Positions 54,710 to 64,000 of a DNA stretch of 64,000 nt are shown here, piece by piece; within the stretch, counting starts at the first letter, position 1; each line of letters opens with the position of its first letter. Source of the stretch: Candidatus Omnitrophota bacterium (lineage in GTDB: Bacteria; Omnitrophota; Gorgyraeia; Gygaellales; UBA12090); NCBI GenBank assembly GCA_030674475.1, contig JAUSCZ010000022.1, positions 2,628 through 66,627 on the forward strand, written 5' to 3'. The notes under the pieces are model-generated. The model saw only the letters and a list, made by a program, of their open reading frames with translations, was not told where the DNA came from and did no database searches. The translations under genes and the position numbers were made by a program.

Positions 54710-56110
54710 TTAAAATTTGTTTTGATTTATTCTAACTTTAGCCAAATTCAATTCTTTTAACTGTTTGTCGCTTACTTCGCCGGGGGCGTTAGTCATTAGA
54801 CAAGTTCCTTTTTGAGTCTTGGGAAAGGCAATCACTTCCCGGATGGAATCGCATCCGGAAAGGATAGTCAATAATCTGTCTATGCCAAAGGCAATCCCTC
54901 CGTGAGGAGGAGCCCCATAACTAAAGGCCTCTAAGAGAAAGCCAAACTTTGCCTTAATATCTTCCGGTTTAAGGCCGAGAATTTTGAATATTTTATCCTG
55001 GAGGCCTTGATTATGGATACGGATTGAGCCTGAGGCGATCTCCTGGCCGTTGAGCACCAAATCATAGGAACGACTCCTTACAGAAGACAGATCCTCGCCA
55101 TCTAATAAGGCCAGGTCTTGAGAATCAGGGGCGGTAAAAGGATGATGTTCGGATTCCCAACGATTTTCATCCTTATTAAATTTGAACAAAGGAAAATCCG
55201 TAATCCAGACAAAGACAAAATCCTCTTTATCCTGGCGCAAGTCCGGCTTATCGGAATTATAGTCTTTCATTGCCTGGGCATAACTCATCCGTCTAAAAGG
55301 AATTTTTAACTCAACGCCTTTTAGTTCCTTAAGGATCTTAAAAAATAATCTCTCCGAGACGGTAAATATGTCTTCTTCGCCGATAAAAGACATCTCCATA
55401 TCCAGCTGGGTAAATTCCGGCTGTCTATCCGCCCTTAAATCCTCATCCCGAAAACACTTGGCTATCTGAAAATATTTTTCGATTCCCGAAACCATCAGTA
55501 TTTGTTTAAATAACTGGGGAGATTGGGGCAGGGCGTAAAACTCTCCCGGGCTCAAGCGGGAAGGAACCAGAAAATCCCTGGCCCCTTCAGGGGTAGATTT
55601 GGTCAGGATCGGCGTCTCCACCTCAATAAAACCCTCAGTATCCAAATATGTCCGGATCAGCTGGTAAAGCTTATGCCGCGAGAGGATATTGCCCAGCATC
55701 CGCGGCCTCCTTAAATCAAGATAGCGGTGTTTAAGCCTTATCTCTTCACCCAATTCAATATTATCACTGATTTCAAAAGGAGGATTATTGCTGGAATTGA
55801 GTATCTCTAATTCCTGGGCTAATATCTCTACCTCACCGGTGGGCATCTTGGGGTTAATGGTGCCCTTGGGCCGGGGATTGACCTTACCCTTAAGCCTGAT
55901 GACGAATTCACTTCTTAAATCTCCGGCAGATTTGTGGGCCTCCGGAGCCTCTTTGGGAATAAAAACCACCTGGGTTAGTCCCTGGCGGTCCCGGATATCT
56001 ATAAAAATCAGCTTACCATGGTCGCGGCGCGAGCCGACCCAGCCACACAGCACTACCTCTTTTCCGACATCTTTTAAGGTCAATTCTCCACAAGTATGGG
56101 TGCGCATCAT
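54710..56110 (-). CDS. aspS: Aspartate--tRNA ligase (compact form lacking the GAD insertion; possibly non-discriminating)
   Basis: MRTHTCGEL... N-terminus and class IIb motifs (FRDEDLRADRQPEFTQLD, GGIAFGIDRL). 466 aa. Confidence 0.75.
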   Translation of the reverse strand: MMRTHTCGELTLKDVGKEVVLCGWVGSRRDHGKLIFIDIRDRQGLTQVVFIPKEAPEAHKSAGDLRSEFVIRLKGKVNPRPKGTINPKMPTGEVEILAQELEILNSSNNPPFEISDNIELGEEIRLKHRYLDLRRPRMLGNILSRHKLYQLIRTYLDTEGFIEVETPILTKSTPEGARDFLVPSRLSPGEFYALPQSPQLFKQILMVSGIEKYFQIAKCFRDEDLRADRQPEFTQLDMEMSFIGEEDIFTVSERLFFKILKELKGVELKIPFRRMSYAQAMKDYNSDKPDLRQDKEDFVFVWITDFPLFKFNKDENRWESEHHPFTAPDSQDLALLDGEDLSSVRSRSYDLVLNGQEIASGSIRIHNQGLQDKIFKILGLKPEDIKAKFGFLLEAFSYGAPPHGGIAFGIDRLLTILSGCDSIREVIAFPKTQKGTCLMTNAPGEVSDKQLKELNLAKVRINQNKF

Positions 56111-56115
56111 AGGTT

Positions 56116-57384
56116 TTATAGCCTCTTTTTAATTTCTCCGATAAAATTATTAAAACTGATTTCTTCCTGGGCGCCTGAAGCCATATCTTTCAGGAGCAGG
56201 CTTTGTTTCTTCAGCTCTTCATCCCCGATTAAAATCGTGAATTTTACCCCTAAATCATTGGCCTTACGCATCTGGCCTTTTAAGGATTTGTTTTCATAAT
56301 CCATATCTGAAGCAATATCTGCCTCTCGAAGTTTATCTAATAGCTGAAAACCTTCTTTTTTCGCTTCTTCACCAAGCGTAACCACAAAAACCTTAGTTTG
56401 TCCGGCGTGGCCGTGAGGCCGGCAACCGGCAACTAAAAGCAATCTCTCTATCCCCAAGGCAAAGCCCACGGCCCCGGATTTTGGCCCTCCCAACTCAAAG
56501 ATTAAATTATCGTATCTGCCTCCCGCGCCCAAGGCATCCTGAGCCCCCAAATCCTTATGGGATATCTCAAATATGGTGCGGTTGTAATAATCCAGGCCTC
56601 GGACTAAATTAGGAGAAAGCGTATAGTTTATATTCAATTTATCTAAGTTTTTCTTAACCGCGGAAAAATGCTCTGAGCATTCCTGACAAAGATAATCCTC
56701 AGGTGTAAGGCTTAACCGGGAAACCACCTGCTTACAGTTTTCATTTTTACAGTCCAGAACCCTAAAAACGTTACGGTTAAGGCGTTCCTTGCAATCAGGA
56801 CAGAGCTTTTCTGTTTCATCTTTTAACCTATCCTGGAGCATCCGGCTTAATTTTTGCTTATCCTCCGGACAGCCTAAGCTGTTGAGCTTAAGCTCATACC
56901 CGGATATTCCCAGGGCGTTTAAGATGTATTTGATTAAAGAGATTATTTCGCTGTCCAAATAAGGGCTGTTTGAGCCCAAGGCCTCGGCTCCAATGTGATG
57001 AAATTGCCTGAGCCGCCCTTTCTGGGGACGCTCGGCCCGAAACATCGGCCCGATGTAGTAAAGCTTGACAAAGGAATCGGTTTTATCCAGGTTATTCTCT
57101 ATATAGGCCCTAACCACCCCGGCGGTGGCCTCCGGCCGCAACACATAGCTATCCTCGCTATGACGGATAACGAACATCTGTTTTTTTACTATTTCCGTTT
57201 CGTTTCCCAGGGAGCGGTTAAACAGGCCCTCCTCTTCAAGAAGCGGAGTCCTTATTGGCTTATAACCATAAAGATTAAATGCCGCTTTGGCCTTGTCTTC
57301 GGCTTCCTGCCACAGATAAGCCTCCGCGGAAAGTATGTCCTTCATCCCGGAAGGAATCTTAAACTTTTTTAAATTTTCAGCCAT
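56116..57384 (-). CDS. hisS: Histidine--tRNA ligase
   Basis: Class II HisRS motifs (RPEATAGVVRAY, GGRYD). 422 aa. Confidence 0.85.
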   Translation of the reverse strand: MAENLKKFKIPSGMKDILSAEAYLWQEAEDKAKAAFNLYGYKPIRTPLLEEEGLFNRSLGNETEIVKKQMFVIRHSEDSYVLRPEATAGVVRAYIENNLDKTDSFVKLYYIGPMFRAERPQKGRLRQFHHIGAEALGSNSPYLDSEIISLIKYILNALGISGYELKLNSLGCPEDKQKLSRMLQDRLKDETEKLCPDCKERLNRNVFRVLDCKNENCKQVVSRLSLTPEDYLCQECSEHFSAVKKNLDKLNINYTLSPNLVRGLDYYNRTIFEISHKDLGAQDALGAGGRYDNLIFELGGPKSGAVGFALGIERLLLVAGCRPHGHAGQTKVFVVTLGEEAKKEGFQLLDKLREADIASDMDYENKSLKGQMRKANDLGVKFTILIGDEELKKQSLLLKDMASGAQEEISFNNFIGEIKKRL

Positions 57385-57412
57385 TTTAGAGATATTTTAG
57401 GAGGGAAGGGCT

Positions 57413-57685
57413 TTATTTTATTTTCTGCTTCATCTCTAAACCTGGCTTAAAGATTACTACTTTGCGGGAAGGAACAGGCACGGTTTGTCCGGTGCGCGGA
57501 TTTCTGCCTATGCGCGGGCGGCGGGTTTTTATCTTGAAAACTCCGAAATTGCGCAATTCTATCTTTTCATCGCGAATCAGGCTTTCAATAATGCAATCAA
57601 AAATTCCCTGGAGAACCTGCTTAACTATAATCTGCTTTATCCCGGTTTTATCCGCGACTTTTAAGGCTATATCTTTCTTAGTCAT
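57413..57685 (-). CDS. hup: HU/IHF family DNA-binding protein
   Basis: 90 aa. GFGKFEV-like arm region RNFGVFKIKTRRPRIGRNPRTGQ. Confidence 0.8.
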   Translation of the reverse strand: MTKKDIALKVADKTGIKQIIVKQVLQGIFDCIIESLIRDEKIELRNFGVFKIKTRRPRIGRNPRTGQTVPVPSRKVVIFKPGLEMKQKIK

Positions 57686-57940
57686 TTTCTTAAACCTCCT
57701 GAATTAGTTACCGCTGAAAAAATGGCAACTAGTGTAGTGTTGCATAAATTTCTTTACGAATGTCATTGCCCGGCTTGACCGGGCAATCTATACCAGCTCT
57801 TCTGGATTCCCTGCCGGCAGGCAGGCCGCTTTCGCGGGAATGACAACTTTAACGCCAAATGTAAAGGAACGTTTAGAAACACCACACTATATAAAAAAAT
57901 CTCTTAACTCTATTTATACCAAAAGTTTAGCAGAAAAAAT

Positions 57941-60900
57941 TTAGATGGTCAAGGAAAATCTTTCCTCTCCCAGGAGGGCTTCTATATCCTGAATAAGGCT
58001 TTGGTTAGGCTGGACATGGAGCTCGTCACCCACCAGAATCTGATATCGGGCCCGATGCGGAATATCCATATGCAGGTATACCGGGATCTGGCCGGAGTTT
58101 TGAACCAGTTTTTCTTTGAGGCTATTTAAAAGGTTTTCCCGTATCCCGGCAATATTTATATCTATTTTGGTTATCTGCTTATAGGCTTCATCAACCGGCA
58201 GGATGGAATTAGCGATTATTTTAGGCGATTCCTCCTTGAGGTTCAGGCGCCCGGAAACAAAAACCGCGCTGTTGGGCTGGATATAGCGGGAATTCTGCTT
58301 ATAGCTTTCCGGAAAAACCAAAACCTCAATTGCCCCCTCCAGGTCTTCTATCTTCAGGATAGCCATTTTCTCGCCCGACTTGCGGGTAACCGTATTCTTA
58401 ATCTTAATGATCAATCCGGCCATCTTTACCATATCTCCGTCTTTGTGATTAGGTATATTCGCGATTGATGAGCAGGAGAACCTCTTTAGTTGGCCGGCAA
58501 AACGGGCCAGGGGATGCCCGGTAACATAGAAGCCCAGCATTTCTTTTTCAAAGGCCAATAACTGCGGTTCAGGCCATTCCCTGACATTAGACGATTCAAT
58601 AACGGTCTTTTTAAAACCGTTGTCCGAGCCCAAGTCAAAAAAAGAAAGCTGTCCTTTGGCTTTTTCTTTTTGGGCCTTAGATGAGGCATCCAGGGTTTGG
58701 TCCAAATTGAGCATAAGCTGGGCCCGGTATAAACCGAACAAATCCATCGCGCCGGCTTTAATCAGAGACTCAATTACTTTGCGGTTTACCAGCCTAAGAT
58801 CAATATTTTCGCAAAAATCCTCCAGGGACTTGAATTTTCCGTGTATATCTCTGGCCCGGAGCATGGATTCAATTGACCCCTGTCCGACATTTTTTACCGC
58901 GATCAGGCCGAAACGGATGTTCTTTTCGTCTATAACCGTAAAGATATCCCCGGACTCATTTACGTCCGGCGGCAGAACCTCGATACCCATCCTTTTAGTT
59001 TCGTTGACATATTCCACGATTTTATCGGTGTTGTCCTTTTCTGAAGTTAAAAGCGCGGCCATAAATTCAACCGGATAATTCGCCTTAAGGTAAGCGGTAC
59101 GGTAAGAAATCAGCGCGTAGGCGGCGGAATGTGACTTGTTGAAGCCGTAGCCAGAAAAATATTCAATCTGGTCAAAGATTTTGTTAGCGGCCTCTTCCCG
59201 AATCATATTTTTCTTACAACCGCTGATAAAGTGTTCGCGCTGGCGCTCAAGGACCTCGGGAATTTTTTTGGCCATGGCCTTGCGCAGGAGGTCGGCCTGA
59301 GCCAAGGAAAAGTTAGCCAATTCCGAGGCAATCTGCATAACCTGCTCCTGATAAACCATTATTCCATAGGTAGGCGCGAGTATCGGCTCCATTTTTTTGG
59401 ACTCGTAGCGGATTGAAATATGGTTATTGCGGCGCTTGATAAATTCATCCAGCATCCCTGAACCCATCGGGCCGGGGCGATAAAGGGCCAGAATAGCGAT
59501 TAAATCTTCAAATTGATCCGGATTGATCTTTTTAAGCAGATCGCGCATCCCGGCGGATTCCAACTGAAACACCCCGGCGGTTACCGCCGAGCCTAAGAGC
59601 TGAAAAGTTTTGGCATCGGAAAGCGGGATATTATCAATATCTACTGCCACACCATGCCTACGCGCGATGATTTCAATGGTCCGCTGAATAACCGTGAGAG
59701 TGCGCAGGCCCAGAAAATCAATTTTCAAAAGCCCTATTTTCTCTAAGGCCTCCATGGCATAACCGGTAGTTACCACATCATCGCCGGATTTAAAAAGCGG
59801 CAGGTATTGGCTTAACTCCTGATCGGCTATTACCACCCCGGCGGCATGGATTGAGGCATGCCGGGTTAAACCTTCCAAATGCCTGGCAGTATCAATAAGC
59901 TGGGTTATCTGGGGGTCGCTTTTGTAGAGGCTATCCAACTCCGGCTCCTGCTTTAAGGCGTCATCTATGGTAATGTTTAATTCCGCCGGAACCAGCTTAG
60001 CGATTCTATCCACCTCGGCATAGCTTACTCCCATAACCCGGCCCACATCCCGGATAGCCGCCCTGGCCAGCATGGTCCCAAAGGTGATTATCTGGGCAAC
60101 ATTGTTTTGGCCGTATTTTTTACTGACATAGTCTATAACCTCCTGGCGCCTTTCGTAACAGAAGTCAATATCAATGTCCGGCATACTTACCCGCTCAGGA
60201 TTCAGGAAACGCTCAAAAAGTAAACCATATTTCAAAGGATTAATGTCGGTTATGCCTAAAAGATAGCTGACCAGGCTTCCCGCGGCTGAACCCCTTCCCG
60301 GCCCGACCGGAATGCCTTTAGTCTTGGCATAATGGATAAAATCCCAGACAATCAGAAAATAACTGGTGAAGCCGACTTTTTTGATTATTTCCAGCTCATG
60401 CTCCAGGCGTTTTTGAATTTCGGAATCTATTCCTTCCTTAAATCTCACCTTCAGGCCTTCAGCGCAGAGTTTACGCAGGAATTCTTCTTTAGTCTGCCCT
60501 ATGGGCACCTGATAATTAGGCAAGTGAAGTTTGTTGAAGGATAATTCCAGATTGCACATTTGCGCTATAGCTATGGTGTTAGTGATGGCCTCGGGCAATT
60601 CTTTAAAAAGCGCTTTCATCTCCTCAGCACTCTTAAAATAAAATTCATCAGTTTGAAAACGCATGTGCTGGGGGTCGGAAAGAGTGGTCTGGGTCTGAAT
60701 GCACAATAGGGCCTCATGTGAGGCGGCCATCGGGCGGCTGAGGTAATGCACATCGTTGGTGGCTACGATAGGCAGGGATAATTCTTTGGCAATCCTTAAT
60801 AACCCCTGATTAGCCGTGGTTTGCTCCACGAGGCGGTTTTCCTGAAGCTCTAAATAAAAATTGCCTTTTCCGAAAATCTGGGAGAAATCATCAGCGCATT

Positions 60901-61378
60901 TAAGGGCTTGATTAAATTGGTTGTTTTGGATAAGCCGGGGAATTTCTCCTTTTATGCAGGCAGTCAGGCCGATTAATCCTTTAGAGTATTTACTTAAGAC
61001 TTCTTTATCTATTCGGGGCTTATAATAAAATCCCTCCATATAGCCGATAGATACCAGGCGCATCAGGTTGTGGTAACCTTCTTCATCTTTACAAAGAAGA
61101 ATTAAATGATAAGAGGTATCCTGGATTTTGCCGGAGGTTTTATCCAAGCGGCTCTGGGGAGCGATGTAAGCTTCACAGCCAATAATCGGCTTGATTCCGG
61201 CGGCCTGGGCCTGAGTATAAAATTCAATGGCCCCGAACATATTCCCGTGATCGGTAATAGCCACCGCCGGCATTTTATATTGATTGGTTAAATTGAAAAG
61301 CTTCTTCAGCTGGCAGGCGCCGTCAAGCAGGCTGTATTGGGTATGCAGATGCAGGTGGACAAAATCGGAGTGCGGCAT
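57941..61378 (-). CDS. dnaE: DNA polymerase III alpha subunit
   Basis: 1145 aa with an N-terminal PHP domain (HLHLHTQYSLLDG), polymerase core and OB fold. Confidence 0.9.
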   Translation of the reverse strand: MPHSDFVHLHLHTQYSLLDGACQLKKLFNLTNQYKMPAVAITDHGNMFGAIEFYTQAQAAGIKPIIGCEAYIAPQSRLDKTSGKIQDTSYHLILLCKDEEGYHNLMRLVSIGYMEGFYYKPRIDKEVLSKYSKGLIGLTACIKGEIPRLIQNNQFNQALKCADDFSQIFGKGNFYLELQENRLVEQTTANQGLLRIAKELSLPIVATNDVHYLSRPMAASHEALLCIQTQTTLSDPQHMRFQTDEFYFKSAEEMKALFKELPEAITNTIAIAQMCNLELSFNKLHLPNYQVPIGQTKEEFLRKLCAEGLKVRFKEGIDSEIQKRLEHELEIIKKVGFTSYFLIVWDFIHYAKTKGIPVGPGRGSAAGSLVSYLLGITDINPLKYGLLFERFLNPERVSMPDIDIDFCYERRQEVIDYVSKKYGQNNVAQIITFGTMLARAAIRDVGRVMGVSYAEVDRIAKLVPAELNITIDDALKQEPELDSLYKSDPQITQLIDTARHLEGLTRHASIHAAGVVIADQELSQYLPLFKSGDDVVTTGYAMEALEKIGLLKIDFLGLRTLTVIQRTIEIIARRHGVAVDIDNIPLSDAKTFQLLGSAVTAGVFQLESAGMRDLLKKINPDQFEDLIAILALYRPGPMGSGMLDEFIKRRNNHISIRYESKKMEPILAPTYGIMVYQEQVMQIASELANFSLAQADLLRKAMAKKIPEVLERQREHFISGCKKNMIREEAANKIFDQIEYFSGYGFNKSHSAAYALISYRTAYLKANYPVEFMAALLTSEKDNTDKIVEYVNETKRMGIEVLPPDVNESGDIFTVIDEKNIRFGLIAVKNVGQGSIESMLRARDIHGKFKSLEDFCENIDLRLVNRKVIESLIKAGAMDLFGLYRAQLMLNLDQTLDASSKAQKEKAKGQLSFFDLGSDNGFKKTVIESSNVREWPEPQLLAFEKEMLGFYVTGHPLARFAGQLKRFSCSSIANIPNHKDGDMVKMAGLIIKIKNTVTRKSGEKMAILKIEDLEGAIEVLVFPESYKQNSRYIQPNSAVFVSGRLNLKEESPKIIANSILPVDEAYKQITKIDINIAGIRENLLNSLKEKLVQNSGQIPVYLHMDIPHRARYQILVGDELHVQPNQSLIQDIEALLGEERFSLTI

Positions 61379-61394
61379 TTTAAAATCAGTTTAT

Positions 61395-61417
61395 AGTTGA
61401 TAGTTTATGGCTTATGG
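61395..61417 (-). promoter_or_regulatory. 23-mer AGTTGATAGTTTATGGCTTATGG upstream of dnaE
   Basis: Shared with 46179-46201 (1 mismatch). Followed by CTATCAACAATAAACTATAAAC. Confidence 0.5.
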
Positions 61418-61454
61418 CTCCTTAGCTATCAACAATAAACTATAAACTAAATTA

Positions 61455-63080
61455 TTATTCCCACTCAATGGTGGCCGGGGGTTTGGATGAAATGTCGTAG
61501 ACTACGCGGTTTACGCCTTTTACTTCGTTGATGATACGGCTTGAGATGGCTTCCAGGAGCTCATTGGGCAGTTTCGCCCAGTCGGCAGTCATCCCGTCAA
61601 TTGAGGTGACACAGCGCACTGCCACTACGTTTTCATAGGTGCGCGCGTCTCCCATCACCCCGACGGTTTTTATGGGAAGCAGGACGGCAAAAGACTGCCA
61701 GATTTGCTCATACAGCCCGGCCTTTCTCACCTCTTCCACAACCCTCCTGTCCACTTCCCGCAGAGTATCCAGCCTTTCTTTAGTTATCTCACCGATTATC
61801 CTGATGGCCAGCCCCGGTCCGGGAAAAGGCTGGCGAAAAATAACATTCTCCGGCAGGATTAATTCTCGGCCTATTTTTCTGACTTCATCCTTAAAAAGCT
61901 CTCTTAAGGGTTCAATCAGCTTTAACTTCATATTCAGCGGCAGTCCTCCCACATTATGGTGGGTTTTGATTTTTACCGACGGGCCTCCCAGAACCGATAC
62001 CGACTCTATCACATCCGGATACAGCGTCCCTTGAGCCAAAAACTCCACCCCTTTAAATTTAGCCGATTTCTCTTCAAAGATTTTAACAAATTCATTCCCG
62101 ATAATCTTACGCTTTTCTTCCGGGTCGGTAATACCGTTTAGGCTTTTTAAAAACCTATCTTGCGCCTCCACATAATCCAGATTAAGCCGCATTGTGTCTT
62201 TAAATACCTTCTTTACCTGGGCTCCTTCGTCCTTGCGCAGTAAGCCGTTATCAATAAAAATACATCTTAGATTTTTGCCTATTGCCTTATGGATAAGCAT
62301 CGCGACCACCGCGGAATCCACCCCGCCGCTCAATCCGCAGACTACCCGTTTCTTTCCCACCGTCTTCTTTATATTCTCAACCGCTTCCCTGACAAACGAT
62401 TTGATATTCCATCTTCCGGAACAGCCGCATATCCTAAAGAGAAAATTAGCCACTATTTCATTTCCTTTAGAGGTATGGGCCACCTCGGGATGAAACTGCA
62501 CTCCGTAAATTTTTCTTTTTTTATCAGCGATTGCCGCGTGGGGCGTATTTAAGGTATGGGCTATGGTTTTAAAACCCTGGGGAAGCTTGGTTATGCAATC
62601 CCCATGGCTCATCCAGCAGGTCAGGTTTCCCGGCAAATGATTAAAGAGAGTGCTGTTGTCATCAATAAATAACTCGGTCTTCCCGTATTCGCGCTCCTGG
62701 CTGAACTTGACTTTTCCGCCTAAAAGATGGGTAGTCGCCTGAAGGCCGTAGCAGACTCCTAAAATCGGAATCCCTAATTTAAATATATCTTTATCGGGAA
62801 GGGGGCTCTTGCTCTGATACACCGAGGACGGGCCTCCGGATAAGATTATTCCTTTAGGAGAAATTTCGGATATTTCCTTAGCGCTGATAGTATAAGGCAC
62901 TATCTGGCTATAGACATGATTTTCCCTCACCCGGCGGGCAATCAGCTGGGTATACTGCGAGCCAAAGTCAAAAATCAAAACCAATTCCCTTTTACCGGAG
63001 GGTTTTATGGAATTTTGTTTTACCATCCGCGCTTTTCTGATCTTTCTTCTGCCGGTCATATTCATAATATTGGTTTTCAT
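61455..63080 (-). CDS. guaA: GMP synthase (glutamine-hydrolysing)
   Basis: GATase1 domain ([21 protein letters not shown], ...GVCYG) plus ATP-PPase SGGVDS. The true start may be the internal Met MVKQNS... Confidence 0.85.
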   Translation of the reverse strand: MKTNIMNMTGRRKIRKARMVKQNSIKPSGKRELVLIFDFGSQYTQLIARRVRENHVYSQIVPYTISAKEISEISPKGIILSGGPSSVYQSKSPLPDKDIFKLGIPILGVCYGLQATTHLLGGKVKFSQEREYGKTELFIDDNSTLFNHLPGNLTCWMSHGDCITKLPQGFKTIAHTLNTPHAAIADKKRKIYGVQFHPEVAHTSKGNEIVANFLFRICGCSGRWNIKSFVREAVENIKKTVGKKRVVCGLSGGVDSAVVAMLIHKAIGKNLRCIFIDNGLLRKDEGAQVKKVFKDTMRLNLDYVEAQDRFLKSLNGITDPEEKRKIIGNEFVKIFEEKSAKFKGVEFLAQGTLYPDVIESVSVLGGPSVKIKTHHNVGGLPLNMKLKLIEPLRELFKDEVRKIGRELILPENVIFRQPFPGPGLAIRIIGEITKERLDTLREVDRRVVEEVRKAGLYEQIWQSFAVLLPIKTVGVMGDARTYENVVAVRCVTSIDGMTADWAKLPNELLEAISSRIINEVKGVNRVVYDISSKPPATIEWE

Positions 63081-63126
63081 TTAATTTTTGCCATTGAATT
63101 TATAATCGCGGACTATTGACTGTAGA

Positions 63127-64000
63127 CTATTTTCCCATCCCTACTCCCTGCACTACCTGAAAGATTTTTCCTTCAGTCTGGATGCTGGGGGCGATAATTA
63201 TTTCCACATCGTGCATCTGCCGGATATCCGCGACTCCTAAGGCGCCCATACAGGTAGTTAAAGCGCCCATCAGATTCTGCGAGCCGTCATCGGTCTTAGC
63301 CGGGCCAAAGAGTATTTCTTTAAGGCTTCCGCTTACCCCCACCCTGACCCTGGTTCCCCGAGGTAAATTTACGTGAGAGGTAGCCATGCCCCAATGACAG
63401 CCTTTTCCCGGGGCTTCTTTTGCCCGGGCAAAAGCCGAACCAACCATAACCGCGTCCGCGCCGCAGGCAAAGGCCTTACAAATTTCACCGCCGATACGCA
63501 TTCCTCCGTCGGTGATAATCGGGATGTATTTTCCGTATCGTTTATAATAGTAGTCTCTGGCGGCGGCGGCATCCACAGTCGCGCTTACCTGCGGGACGCC
63601 AATGCCTAAAACTCCTCTGGTGGTGCAGGCGGCTCCCGGCCCAATCCCGATTAAGAGCCCGCTGGCTCCGGTATCTAAAAGCTCTAAGGTAACCTCATAG
63701 GTAACGCAGTTCCCGATAACTACCGGTATTTTCATATTTTTACAGAATTTATGCAAATCCAAGGCTTTATATTCTTTGGAAATATGCCGGGTAGTGGTTA
63801 CCGTGGATTGGACTACGAATATATCACAGCCGGCATCCTGGGCGATTTTACCAAAACGCACCGCGTTTGCCGGTATACAACTGACACAGGTGGTGGCCTT
63901 TTTGCTTTTGATTTCATGGATGCGCTTGGTAATCAGGCTTTCCTTGATCGGCTTGGTGTAGATAGTCTGGACAAGTTCAGTTGCCTTTTGAGGCGCGGCC
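63127..64000 (-). CDS. guaB: IMP dehydrogenase, catalytic C-terminal part (5' end beyond window edge)
   Basis: Active-site loop GIGPGAACTTR and C-terminal IMPDH barrel. The reading frame stays open upstream of the track start, so the gene is probably truncated by the window. Confidence 0.7.
   Translation of the reverse strand, partial: AAPQKATELVQTIYTKPIKESLITKRIHEIKSKKATTCVSCIPANAVRFGKIAQDAGCDIFVVQSTVTTTRHISKEYKALDLHKFCKNMKIPVVIGNCVTYEVTLELLDTGASGLLIGIGPGAACTTRGVLGIGVPQVSATVDAAAARDYYYKRYGKYIPIITDGGMRIGGEICKAFACGADAVMVGSAFARAKEAPGKGCHWGMATSHVNLPRGTRVRVGVSGSLKEILFGPAKTDDGSQNLMGALTTCMGALGVADIRQMHDVEIIIAPSIQTEGKIFQVVQGVGMGK

Noticed and set aside
1-64000. CRISPR array, prophage, integrase/transposase or toxin-antitoxin/defence island
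   Set aside because: No regularly spaced direct repeats with unique spacers and no recombinase, phage structural or nuclease-NTPase pairs. The repeats present are palindromic MITE/REP-like elements without associated genes.

Overview
This is a 64 kb chromosomal window from a moderately AT-rich bacterium, mid-40s % GC by eye, and every credible gene is on the minus strand. About 60 CDSs are packed with short spacers. Plus-strand ORFs in the track all look like antisense artefacts. The gene content is ordinary chromosomal core of an anaerobe from a lineage I cannot place. There is a Firmicute-like mcsA-mcsB-clpC ... radA-yacL-ispD-ispF run and a phoH-pgpH(7TM-HD)-ybeY-recO run. There are also diderm-type Mla (mlaEFD) and Lol (lolD, lolC/E) transporters. 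A Wood-Ljungdahl corrinoid module is present (acsC, RACo, cooC, acsD, acsE) without acsA/acsB in the window. Other calls include nfnAB, a flavodiiron protein, nadE, ftsH, tilS, folP, cdaA, pdxJ, acpS, dnaE, guaA, guaB (partial), hisS, aspS, lysS, hup, polX, apbE, panE and an orphan AmmeMemoRadiSam-type radical SAM enzyme. RNA genes are RNase P RNA (rnpB, directly after rnhA), tRNA-Val(CAC), two tRNA-CAU, tRNA-Thr(UGU) and a tRNA-Tyr(GUA) whose anticodon loop carries a ~266-nt group I intron. Five sequence-level signals are unexplained by the gene calls. (1) A 22-nt motif GCGATAAATCGC-RCCGCTACG sits exactly 20 nt upstream of the start codons of nadE, acsC and panE. (2) A ~38-bp palindromic MITE/REP-like element (CCCCTCCCCGCCTCCCCTTGGTAAGGGGAGGATTTCTT) occurs in 4 copies, three of them in frame inside coding sequence. 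(3) A second palindromic repeat family GTAGGG..GTTCGAAC..CCCTAC follows three genes. (4) A shared 23-mer lies upstream of nfnA and dnaE. (5) Two related AT-rich inverted-repeat elements with a CtsR-half-site-like AAAGTCAAAA core precede clpC and mcsA, although no ctsR gene is present. No CRISPR array, prophage, integrase or defence island is evident. A 992-aa secreted protein and a 346-aa secreted protein have no recognisable family.
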